From contig NZ_CP065936.1 of assembly GCF_003367075.2 (NCBI RefSeq), positions 300,001 through 332,000 on the forward strand: a stretch of DNA of 32,000 bases, read 5' to 3'. This document shows, one piece after another, positions 17,781-26,263 of this stretch. The notes beneath the pieces are model-generated. The model was not told the origin of the DNA. It saw nothing but the letters and a program-made list of their open reading frames with translations, and made no database searches. Both the position numbers and the translations under genes were made by a program. Every line of letters begins with the position of its first letter. The first letter of the stretch is position 1. Source of the stretch: Cylindrospermopsis raciborskii Cr2010. Lineage in GTDB: Bacteria; Cyanobacteriota; Cyanobacteriia; Cyanobacteriales; Nostocaceae.

Positions 17781-19115
17781 TTAGGGGGAGGACATGTCTC
17801 CCCAAATTACATCCAAACGTTCCTGAGCTTGTTTTAAGGCAACTTCAGCTGAGGACTTGCCCAATAATGTTTGTTCAATTGCTCTACCTAAATTTTCCGA
17901 GATCCGACTAAAACCAGCTATAGTGGGAAGGGAACCAGCTAGGGGAATTTGGTCTAGGAATACCTTTAACCAGGGTCTGGTTTGGAGATAGTCTTGATAT
18001 TCAGGACTATTTAAAGATTTGATATTGACGGGTAAAAAACCGGTTCCTATAGACCAGGGGGTTTGAAATTCTTGACTGACAATAAACTCCAGGAATTTAA
18101 GAGCAGCTTGTTGTTTTTCTGAAGTGGTCTTCATCATAAATATATTACCCGTACCAGTTACCGTTGCTGGAGTAGTATGGATGGGGATAGGAAACGCATT
18201 AAAGGGTATGGGAGATTTTGTAATATAAGACCATGGTCCAGTAATTTGCATAGCCACCCGACCAGCGAAAAAAGCATCTTCCTCATAACCTCTTTCTGGT
18301 GGAGATAGGGTTGCTACACCTGTTTGTAATAGTTGTTGCCAAAATTTGATTGCGGTAATAGCAGCAGGGTTGTTGAGATTTGGATAGTTGTCCGTCATGA
18401 TTCCCCCCCCTGCACTTAATACAAAGGGAAACCAAGTGAAAACAGTCCATCCCCCTTTACCTAGAGGTAATAATATGCCATACTGTTCTGGGTGTCCGTC
18501 TCCATTTTTATCTAGGGTTAATTTTTGAGCAACTGCTATTAATTCTTCCCAAGTTTTAGGAGTTTGGGTGATACCAGCAGCTTCAAATAAATCCGGACGA
18601 TAAAAAATGCCGACGTTGCTATTCCACAATGGTAATGACCACAATTTGCCATTTAGTTTTAACTGCTCTAACAAGTTAGGAAATACCTCAGATTTATGTG
18701 GAAATTGATTCCACCATTGGTCTAGGGGAGTTACCGCATCTAGTTCTACAATTTGTCCGGTAATTCCAGGGTTATAAACCAAAAGATCGGGAGTGGCGTT
18801 ACCAACTACAGAGGTTAATATTTTAGGTAATGCCATATCTGATCCCAAAATAAACAACGAATCAACTTGAATATTTGGGTGAGTTTGATTGAATTTGGTC
18901 ACTAGTTTTTGAAAAACATCCCGATTCGCTGGTGGGTTAATTCCTTGCCATAAAGTTAGATGGGTAATATGGTTTTTTTGAGGTATGTTGTTTTGACAAC
19001 CACTCAATATTGCCAAGGAACATAAACTCAATAAGCATAACAGTATGGAAATCTGGCGACTTAATTGCCACCTATTCAGCTGTAGTAGTGGTTTGATCAT
19101 CATTTTAACATACAT
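17781..19115 (-). CDS. ABC transporter substrate-binding lipoprotein (family-1, sugar-type SBP), orphan
   Basis: Signal peptide with lipobox LAILSGC and length and composition typical of SBP_bac_1. The start is ambiguous (GTG 19160, ATG 19115, 19103 or 19100). No permease or ATPase genes are adjacent. Confidence 0.75.
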   Translation of the reverse strand: MYVKMMIKPLLQLNRWQLSRQISILLCLLSLCSLAILSGCQNNIPQKNHITHLTLWQGINPPANRDVFQKLVTKFNQTHPNIQVDSLFILGSDMALPKILTSVVGNATPDLLVYNPGITGQIVELDAVTPLDQWWNQFPHKSEVFPNLLEQLKLNGKLWSLPLWNSNVGIFYRPDLFEAAGITQTPKTWEELIAVAQKLTLDKNGDGHPEQYGILLPLGKGGWTVFTWFPFVLSAGGGIMTDNYPNLNNPAAITAIKFWQQLLQTGVATLSPPERGYEEDAFFAGRVAMQITGPWSYITKSPIPFNAFPIPIHTTPATVTGTGNIFMMKTTSEKQQAALKFLEFIVSQEFQTPWSIGTGFLPVNIKSLNSPEYQDYLQTRPWLKVFLDQIPLAGSLPTIAGFSRISENLGRAIEQTLLGKSSAEVALKQAQERLDVIWGDMSSP

Positions 19116-19182
19116 GTTGTTTATGAAGTTTTTTGACGCTCCCCCGACTTCCGGAGTCACGGGTTATGATGATGGTCCTAAA

Positions 19183-20103
19183 TCAGAGAATTTCTAATGT
19201 TCCTTGCACCGCATCTAATCTTGCTCGTACTCCCACAGGTAAAGCAGCATTAGGAATGTCATGACCAAAAGGTAGGTCAGACACAATAGGTATACCTAAA
19301 TCAGATAGGCGATCGCATAAAACTTCCTGTATAGTCAAGCTTGGTATATTAGGGGGTGGTTGACAATTAGTAAACCCTCCCAAAGCAATACCTTTTACTT
19401 GACTAAGAATACCACTTAATCGCCATTGAGTCAACATTCTGTCAATTCGATAAGGTGCTTCAGTAACATCCTCCAAAGCTAATATTACACCATCCATTGG
19501 TGGTAAAAGGGGTGTTCCTAAAAGATGGGTAGCTACAGTCAAGTTTCCAGGAAGTAATATTCCTGTTACCTGACCGTTTCCCCAACCTTTACCCTGTAAT
19601 TGGTGAATAGCTCTACCCTCTACCCAGTCAAATAACCTTTCAATTGACCATGGTGGTTCATCACATAAAGTAGTCAGTACAGGTGCATGTACACCAGAAA
19701 TTCCCCCTTTATATAGACTCCACAGTAGAACGGTAATATCAGAGAATCCAATTAGCCATTTTGGGTCTGGTGGATTTTGCTCCCAGTGCCAATTTTCCAA
19801 AATACGAGCACTACCAAACCCCCCTCTAGCACAAATAATTCCACGACATTGGGGATCTTGCCATGCTGCGCACAACTGGTGACGACGGTGGTCATCAGTG
19901 CCCGCGAGATAGCCATATCGCTTTTCTATGTTATCACTAATTTGAACATTATAACCACGGTCTCGCCAAATTTTTACACCCTTTTCAAAAGCTGTAATTT
20001 CTCTGAGTCCACCACTGGGAGCAATAACGCGTAATAGATCCCCTGGTCTCAGGGGAGACGGTAATAAAGTTGGAGCAATCTTAGAGGAGTTTACATTGTG
20101 CAT
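19183..20103 (-). CDS. LD-carboxypeptidase (peptidase S66, LdcA-like)
   Basis: N-terminal LRVIAPSG, nucleophile motif [11 protein letters not shown] and C-terminal FGH. The ATG overlaps the aroC 3' end by 23 nt. Confidence 0.8.
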   Translation of the reverse strand: MHNVNSSKIAPTLLPSPLRPGDLLRVIAPSGGLREITAFEKGVKIWRDRGYNVQISDNIEKRYGYLAGTDDHRRHQLCAAWQDPQCRGIICARGGFGSARILENWHWEQNPPDPKWLIGFSDITVLLWSLYKGGISGVHAPVLTTLCDEPPWSIERLFDWVEGRAIHQLQGKGWGNGQVTGILLPGNLTVATHLLGTPLLPPMDGVILALEDVTEAPYRIDRMLTQWRLSGILSQVKGIALGGFTNCQPPPNIPSLTIQEVLCDRLSDLGIPIVSDLPFGHDIPNAALPVGVRARLDAVQGTLEIL

Positions 20104-21169
20104 AGTGTCTCAATAGATGATCACATAAAACCAAAGCTACCATTCCATCCACCATAGGTACTGCACGGGGTAAAACACAAGGATCATGTCTTCCCTTTCC
20201 CGCTAAGACGGTTTCTTCCCCTTCCTTGGTGACTGTTTTTTGTTCCTTTCTAATAGTCGCAGTTGGTTTAAAAGCAACTCTTAAAATAATATTTTCACCA
20301 TTAGAAATTCCCCCTTGAATTCCACCCGAACGGTTAGTAACAGTTCTAATATCACCATGGGGACCTATATAGAATTCATCATTATGTTCAAAACCCGTTA
20401 ATAAAGTTCCTGCAAAGCCAGAACCAATCTCAAAACCTTTACTAGCAGGTAGAGACATAACAGCTTTGGCTAAATCAGCTTCCAACTTGTCAAAAACCGG
20501 TTCTCCTAAACCTTTAGGAACGTTGCGCACCACGCACTCTACCACCCCACCAATGGAATTACCATCCCTACCGGTTTTCTCAATTAGTTCTATCATCTGG
20601 GGTGCAATTTCTGCGTCAGGACAGCGGACAATATTACTCTCCACATCTGCTAGAGTCACAGTATTAGTGTCAACAGTTCCCTCCAAATCCTTAATACGTT
20701 TAACGTAAGCAATAATTTCCACACCTGCTACCTGAAGTAAAATCTTCTTGGCGATCGCCCCTGCTGCTACCCTACCGATGGTTTCACGTGCAGAAGATCT
20801 ACCACCACCCTGCCAATTTCTGAATCCATATTTAGCGTCGTAGGTAGCATCCGCGTGGGAGGGACGGTATTTTTCAGACATTTCGTCATAATCCTGGGAG
20901 CGGGTATCTTTATTCCTCACCAGAATGGCAATTGGTGTTCCCAGGGTCTTACCCTCAAACACCCCGGATAAAATCTCACAGCTGTCTGCTTCTTTGCGGG
21001 GTGTGGTGATTTTACTTTGTCCTGGTCTTCTTCTATCCAGTTCAAATTGAATTTCTGCGGGAGAAATCTCCAGTCTAGGAGGACAACCATCAATTATAAC
21101 TCCCACACCTCCACCGTGAGATTCACCAAATGTCGTAATTCGGAAAAGATGACCAAATGTGCTACCCAT
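20081..21169 (-). CDS. aroC: Chorismate synthase
   Basis: Signatures [30 protein letters not shown] and [11 protein letters not shown]. Confidence 0.95.
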   Translation of the reverse strand: MGSTFGHLFRITTFGESHGGGVGVIIDGCPPRLEISPAEIQFELDRRRPGQSKITTPRKEADSCEILSGVFEGKTLGTPIAILVRNKDTRSQDYDEMSEKYRPSHADATYDAKYGFRNWQGGGRSSARETIGRVAAGAIAKKILLQVAGVEIIAYVKRIKDLEGTVDTNTVTLADVESNIVRCPDAEIAPQMIELIEKTGRDGNSIGGVVECVVRNVPKGLGEPVFDKLEADLAKAVMSLPASKGFEIGSGFAGTLLTGFEHNDEFYIGPHGDIRTVTNRSGGIQGGISNGENIILRVAFKPTATIRKEQKTVTKEGEETVLAGKGRHDPCVLPRAVPMVDGMVALVLCDHLLRHYAQCKLL

Positions 21170-21312
21170 GTTATTGAGAAAATACTTGCTCAGTCAATTG
21201 TACCACACCGCTCCTGTAGGAATGAATTCCCTTACCCGACACCCAAAGTCGGTTGAAAAACGATTGGTTTTACCGTAGCCCATTTTAAGTTAAGTTTAAT
21301 AACTCAACATCT

Positions 21313-23055
21313 TTATGAGGCTTTTGTCTTATTTATGGCTGTCACTCCATCAGGATTGATGAGTTTACCGTGGTCAACGGTGGCATAAATTACCCAATGA
21401 TCTCCACAATCTAAATGCTGATTAACGGAACATTCTAAATAAGCAGCTGCATCAGCTAGAATAGGAGAGTTATTTTCCCCTACTATAGTTTTAATCCCAC
21501 TCAGATGGTGTTCTATGGGAGTAAAATTCCTGCGGAAGGATTTTATATAGTCTGTGTGAATACCTTCACTGAAAATATTCAGTACAAATTTACTGCCAAT
21601 GTACATTAGACATTCTATGGCTCTTTCCTTAGCGATCGCCACTGTAATTCCCGGTGGTTTAAATGTAGCTTGAGAAACCCAGGTGACCAAGATTGCCATG
21701 GAAATTTCTGCTTGTTTAGTAGTCAATACACATACGGATCCAACTATTTTACCTACTGCTTGTTCTGTTGGTGTGGCAATTTCCCGGGGTGGGTGAGTTT
21801 TTTTGGTCTTTTTTAGGTTTTGACCAAAGTCTCTACCCATTTCCTCACAGATTTTTAATGTTAGTTCGTCAGGTTTGAATTTGACTTTTAGAGTATCAAA
21901 TCCAAAGGGAAATCCTGCATGTTTCAGTTTTGTTTCCACTATATCTAAAGCTTCTCCACTCCATCCGTAGGAACCGAATACACCCACCAATTTGCTGTTA
22001 TCGCTAGTAGCTAACACAATAGCTAATGCGGTTTGAATGGGTGTAGGTGCATGACCACCGATAGTAGGGGTACCAATAATTAAAGCGTCTGCTTTTTCCA
22101 CGGTGGTATGAATTTCTTCGGGGGAGGTAAATTCACAATTAATAGATTTGACTGCTATACCAGTTTTAGTTATCCCCAGAGCTATTGCTTGTGCTAGGGT
22201 AGCTGTATTTCCATAAGCGGAAGCATAAAGTAAAGCTACGGATATTTCCCGCTCTTTTTGAGCGTGACTCCATTGAAAATAGGATTGAGTTAACTTAATT
22301 AACCCACTACGAATTAATGGACCATGACCTACTCCATAAATTTGAACTTGCAAGTGGGCAATTTTTTCTAGTGCTGCTTCTACATGGGTTATGTGGGGCG
22401 CCATTAAACAATTAAAATAGTATTTTTGATCTTCTTCCAATTCCTGGTAATTACTATCTAAATTGTCATCAAAAACCTGATCATTACAAAGATGAGCTGC
22501 AAATAATTTACCGGTATAAAGAATTTGGGTTTGTGGGTCATAAGTACAAAGTGCTTCTGGCCATCTAGGACTAGGATTGGGGAGGAATTTTAAAATATGA
22601 CCTTGACCTAAATCTAAAGTTTCTTTCCCCCGCATAATCAAAATCTTCAGATCTTCGTCTGGGAAAGTGGAATGTAAATTATTAGCACTAGGAAGAGAAC
22701 AAACAAAAGTAATTTGTGGTGCTAGTTCCAATAATGCTGTTAAGGTTGGTACGCGATTGGGACTAAAGTGACCCAAAATTACATAGTCTAAGTTTTGCCA
22801 ATGGATTTGGTTTTGTAAAGCTGCTAGATAAATGTTGATGAAACTTGCACCGGGTGGATCAATGATGGCAATTTTATCTGCTGTGATTAAATAGGAGTTG
22901 GCAGTTGTACCACGACAAAGTCCATATTCAATTTCAAATCTTAATCGTGACCAACTTCTAGCTCTTAAAATCTGTGTGTTAGTCCCAATACTCCCAATTT
23001 GTACATCCCGTGGTTTAGATTCTATCATAGGTATTTTAGGTGCAATAAAACTCAA
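21313..23055 (-). CDS. flv1: Class-C flavodiiron protein with a degenerate di-iron site (Flv1-type)
   Basis: 580 aa with metallo-beta-lactamase-like, flavodoxin-like and flavin-reductase-like domains. At the position of the HxExDH ligand motif the sequence reads GHFSPNRVP. TTG start at 23055; an alternative ATG lies at 23028. Confidence 0.8.
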   Translation of the reverse strand: MSFIAPKIPMIESKPRDVQIGSIGTNTQILRARSWSRLRFEIEYGLCRGTTANSYLITADKIAIIDPPGASFINIYLAALQNQIHWQNLDYVILGHFSPNRVPTLTALLELAPQITFVCSLPSANNLHSTFPDEDLKILIMRGKETLDLGQGHILKFLPNPSPRWPEALCTYDPQTQILYTGKLFAAHLCNDQVFDDNLDSNYQELEEDQKYYFNCLMAPHITHVEAALEKIAHLQVQIYGVGHGPLIRSGLIKLTQSYFQWSHAQKEREISVALLYASAYGNTATLAQAIALGITKTGIAVKSINCEFTSPEEIHTTVEKADALIIGTPTIGGHAPTPIQTALAIVLATSDNSKLVGVFGSYGWSGEALDIVETKLKHAGFPFGFDTLKVKFKPDELTLKICEEMGRDFGQNLKKTKKTHPPREIATPTEQAVGKIVGSVCVLTTKQAEISMAILVTWVSQATFKPPGITVAIAKERAIECLMYIGSKFVLNIFSEGIHTDYIKSFRRNFTPIEHHLSGIKTIVGENNSPILADAAAYLECSVNQHLDCGDHWVIYATVDHGKLINPDGVTAINKTKAS

Positions 23056-23070
23056 GAAACCCCATATATC

Positions 23071-24783
23071 TTAATAATAGTTTCCTACTTTACGGTGACG
23101 CACTGCTGTTAAACCATTAGTCTGGGAAACTTTGCCATCTTCAACAGTGCAATATAAGATCCTATGGTCACTACATTCCATCCTGCTGATGACTTCACAT
23201 TCCATATATGCTAGGGCGTCATTTAAAATTGGTGAACCATTTTTACCAGGTTGAAATTTCACTCCTGCAAATCTATCCATACCTGGTAGTAATCGTTTGA
23301 GAAAGTGTTTTTTCAACTCTTGATAGTTTCCTTCTGCTAAGACGTTAAGAATAAAGCGATCGCCTGGTTGTAATAGATTATTAATAGGTCGATCATGGGC
23401 AACTGCTATGGTAAATCCCAAGGGTTGAAAACTAGCTTGTGCTACCCAAGAAGCCATCATGCCATCGCTAATTTCACCTTTTTTAGCAGTTATAATATAT
23501 AGTCCACTACTAATTCTCCCTAGGGCTTTTTCCATGTTCACATCCAGAGATTTCGTCTGGTTATTATTGGTTTTCTCTAGGATCAATTTCCCTAAATTTG
23601 TACCTGCTCTAGTACACATTTTATAGGTGGATTCGCTAGGAATTTCTCTCATGCGAATGGCAGTAAATCCCTCTTTAATTCCTAAATCAATAAACTTTCT
23701 TCCTAAGATATCTATCGGTTGGTCATCACTGCCAAAAGACTCAAATAAACCTAGGAACTGATGACTTTTGACTCCAGCTAAAATGCAACTAATACCTGCT
23801 TGAGCAACCGTTGAAGAACTCGGTGGCATTCCTACAATTAAACCCGATGCTCTAGTGGCTAGTTCTTGAATTTCTGCAAGGTTGTCTCTATGCAAATCAA
23901 TGATTTCTACCCCCACACCTGTTTTTTGTAAACCATCACCAATTGCATGAGCTAACTGATCACTATATCCATAACCAGAAACATAAAATAAACCTACAGT
24001 GTTCTCTGTCTTGGTTTGTTTTTGACTCCAATTTTGATAATGTTCGGTTAGGGTTTCCAGATGATGATAGAGTAAGGGTCCATGTCCACTAGCAATAATT
24101 TTAATTTTACCTAGTTCACCCATTCTCTTCATAGCATTTAATAAAGAACGGGAATTTGGACCCATTAGGCAATCATAATAAAATCTAAAATCCGCCTCAA
24201 TCGCTTCTAAATCTTCGTCGAAAGTGCGATGATCACAAAAGTGCATCCCAAAAGCATCACAGGTGTAAAGAATCTGGGTTTTGCGATCAAAGCTAAAAAT
24301 TGTGTCTGGCCAATGTAAGTTGGGAGCGCTGACAAATTCTATTTCATGTCCCTTGCCAATATTCACGCGATCGCCACTTTTAACTATTCTTTTAGAAAAG
24401 GGACTATGTACCAAACCTTCTAAAAATTGAATGGCAACTCTGGATGCTAATACTGTAGCTCTAGGTGCTAATCTCAGCACGTCTTCTATTAATCCACTAT
24501 GGTCGGGTTCAGTATGACTAACAATGATATAATCAATGGTCTGAGGGTCAACTAGGTTATTTAGGGTCTCTAAATACAATTGACGAAATTTCTGATGGGA
24601 TGTATCAATCAGAATGGTCTCTTCACCCTGTATTAAATAGGAATTATAGGTCGTGCCATTTTGTAAACTAAACTCAATATCAAAGCGATCACGATCCCAA
24701 TCTAGAGAACGAATCGCAATGGTATTGGGAGCAATTTCTACAGTTTGGATGGTCAAACGTGGTGTCTCTGATATCGCTACCAT
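23071..24783 (-). CDS. flv3: Class-C flavodiiron protein with a canonical di-iron site (Flv3-type)
   Basis: 570 aa with the same three-domain layout. The canonical ligand motif SHTEPDHSG is present. It lies 15 nt upstream of the Flv1-type gene. Confidence 0.8.
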   Translation of the reverse strand: MVAISETPRLTIQTVEIAPNTIAIRSLDWDRDRFDIEFSLQNGTTYNSYLIQGEETILIDTSHQKFRQLYLETLNNLVDPQTIDYIIVSHTEPDHSGLIEDVLRLAPRATVLASRVAIQFLEGLVHSPFSKRIVKSGDRVNIGKGHEIEFVSAPNLHWPDTIFSFDRKTQILYTCDAFGMHFCDHRTFDEDLEAIEADFRFYYDCLMGPNSRSLLNAMKRMGELGKIKIIASGHGPLLYHHLETLTEHYQNWSQKQTKTENTVGLFYVSGYGYSDQLAHAIGDGLQKTGVGVEIIDLHRDNLAEIQELATRASGLIVGMPPSSSTVAQAGISCILAGVKSHQFLGLFESFGSDDQPIDILGRKFIDLGIKEGFTAIRMREIPSESTYKMCTRAGTNLGKLILEKTNNNQTKSLDVNMEKALGRISSGLYIITAKKGEISDGMMASWVAQASFQPLGFTIAVAHDRPINNLLQPGDRFILNVLAEGNYQELKKHFLKRLLPGMDRFAGVKFQPGKNGSPILNDALAYMECEVISRMECSDHRILYCTVEDGKVSQTNGLTAVRHRKVGNYY

Positions 24784-24980
24784 GATTCGTCTTCTATGAT
24801 TAATAATATTTTTTCTCTTCTACTATTTTCTGGTTAAATTCTTTTTTCGGTTGTAATCAACAATGTATTTTTTAAAAACTAAAATGTATCTTTAGTTATC
24901 ACCCCATGGAACTTGGGAAAATGCTAAGATTCTATCCTTGGCATTCTAATCTAGCTATCAAGGATAAAAAAGCATAAATT

Positions 24981-25088
24981 ATGGATAACACTAATACTTT
25001 AGATTTAATTACTGGAGGACTAGCAGTCCTCATTTTGCTGGGTGGGATGGTGATGATGTTTACCACTGTCTTTACCACCAAGAGATGA
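24981..25088 (+). CDS. Unlisted 35-aa ORF encoding a putative single-TM peptide (MDNTNTLDLITGGLAVLILLGGMVMMFTTVFTTKR)
   Basis: Found by reading the 320-nt gap between flv3 and dapF. It has a hydrophobic core and a basic C-terminus. There is no convincing SD (AAGGA is 17-21 nt upstream). Confidence 0.2.
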   Translation: MDNTNTLDLITGGLAVLILLGGMVMMFTTVFTTKR

Positions 25089-25103
25089 TTCCACCCAGAT
25101 CCC

Positions 25104-25943
25104 TTACATTTTACCGGTAAATACCCGCTCCGCTGGACCGGTCATATAAATCCTTTGATCGGTTTCTGACCATTCAATTTCTAAGTTCCCCCCCGGTAGT
25201 TCTATAATCGCCATGCGATCGCATAAATTATTCAAAACTCCAGCAACTAGGGAAGCACAAGCACCTGTACCACACGCTAGGGTAATACCTGCTCCTCTTT
25301 CCCACACTCGCATTTTTAAGTGATGAGGATTAACAACCTGAATGAACTCTGTGTTGGTACGTTGAGGAAAAACTGGATGATGTTCAAATTCAGGACCAAT
25401 AATTTCTAAGGGAATACTCGCTACATCCTCCACAAAGGTAATACAATGAGGATTCCCCATGCTTACACAGGTAATATGCCAAGTTTGGTTCCCAATTTCT
25501 AGGGGGAGGTTAATTACCTTGCTGTTACCAGGTGCTAGGGTTGTGGGAATCTCCTGAGCAAGTAAACGAGGTGAACCCATATCTACCCTCACTTGACCAT
25601 CATCCGTCAGTTGGGGTCTAATTACACCAGCTAGGGTGTGAATTAAATAGTAGTCCTTACTGCGGGAAATTCCTTCCAATTCGGTTAAAAAAGCAGCTAA
25701 ACAGCGAATACCGTTACCACACATTTCTGGTTCCGAACCATCGGAATTGAAAATTCTCATGGTGTAGTCTGTTCCCTTTTGACCGGGAAGGGCAAAAATA
25801 ACACCGTCAGCACCAATGCCAAAATGGCGATCGCACATCCTTATGGCCATTTCGGGGGTAATTAGGGGAGTTAGGTCACAACGGTTGTCAATCAGAATAA
25901 AATCATTGCCCAAACCGTGATACTTTGTAAATTCTATGGTCAT
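25104..25943 (-). CDS. dapF: Diaminopimelate epimerase
   Basis: GLGNDF at the N-terminus and both catalytic cysteine motifs, [14 protein letters not shown] and LACGTGA. Confidence 0.95.
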   Translation of the reverse strand: MTIEFTKYHGLGNDFILIDNRCDLTPLITPEMAIRMCDRHFGIGADGVIFALPGQKGTDYTMRIFNSDGSEPEMCGNGIRCLAAFLTELEGISRSKDYYLIHTLAGVIRPQLTDDGQVRVDMGSPRLLAQEIPTTLAPGNSKVINLPLEIGNQTWHITCVSMGNPHCITFVEDVASIPLEIIGPEFEHHPVFPQRTNTEFIQVVNPHHLKMRVWERGAGITLACGTGACASLVAGVLNNLCDRMAIIELPGGNLEIEWSETDQRIYMTGPAERVFTGKM

Positions 25944-26002
25944 TTTCGATGATCAAATCTAAATTGCTAGTCAACCTAAACCTTATTTCTTCTGTCCCAA
26001 AA

Positions 26003-26239
26003 ATGCCACCCATAGAATTTGACACCACTTTACCCAGTATTCGACAAATACAAAACTGGATCAAGCAGAAAACTACTGTGCAGTTTAAATTGACTACTGG
26101 TGATACTATCACTGCTAGGATTTTTTGGCAAGATGTTAACTGTATATGTGTGGTGGATTCTCAAGATGACCATATTACAATTAATAGACTGGCTATTGTC
26201 TATTTAAAGGTGTCCCATGATAGCAATCCACCAACATAA
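26003..26239 (+). CDS. hfq: Cyanobacterial Hfq homologue (Sm-like protein)
   Basis: From ATG 26003 the sequence reads MPPIEFDTTLPSIRQIQNWIKQKTTVQFKLTTGDTITARIFWQD..., matching the pattern of Synechocystis/Anabaena Hfq (LPSVRQVQ..IK....V..KL.TGD...G.I.WQD). It is divergent from dapF, a linkage I recall for cyanobacterial hfq. Confidence 0.75.
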   Translation: MPPIEFDTTLPSIRQIQNWIKQKTTVQFKLTTGDTITARIFWQDVNCICVVDSQDDHITINRLAIVYLKVSHDSNPPT

Positions 26240-26263
26240 TAGATATTCACTTAATATTCAAAT

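Noticed and set aside
17785-17803. GC hairpin GGGGAG-N7-CTCCCC, 25 nt after the hemE stop, as a possible terminator
   Set aside because: It lies inside the last codons of the convergent SBP gene and has no U-tract on either strand. It is possible but unsupported, so it is not listed as a feature.
24885-24900. TGTA-N8-TATC upstream of flv3 as an NtcA site (consensus TGTA-N8-TACA)
   Set aside because: The downstream half-site is degenerate and no properly spaced -10 box was evident. The evidence is insufficient.
25903-26112. 69-aa minus-strand ORF spanning the dapF start and antisense to hfq
   Set aside because: It overlaps two well-supported genes and has no motifs. It is a shadow ORF.
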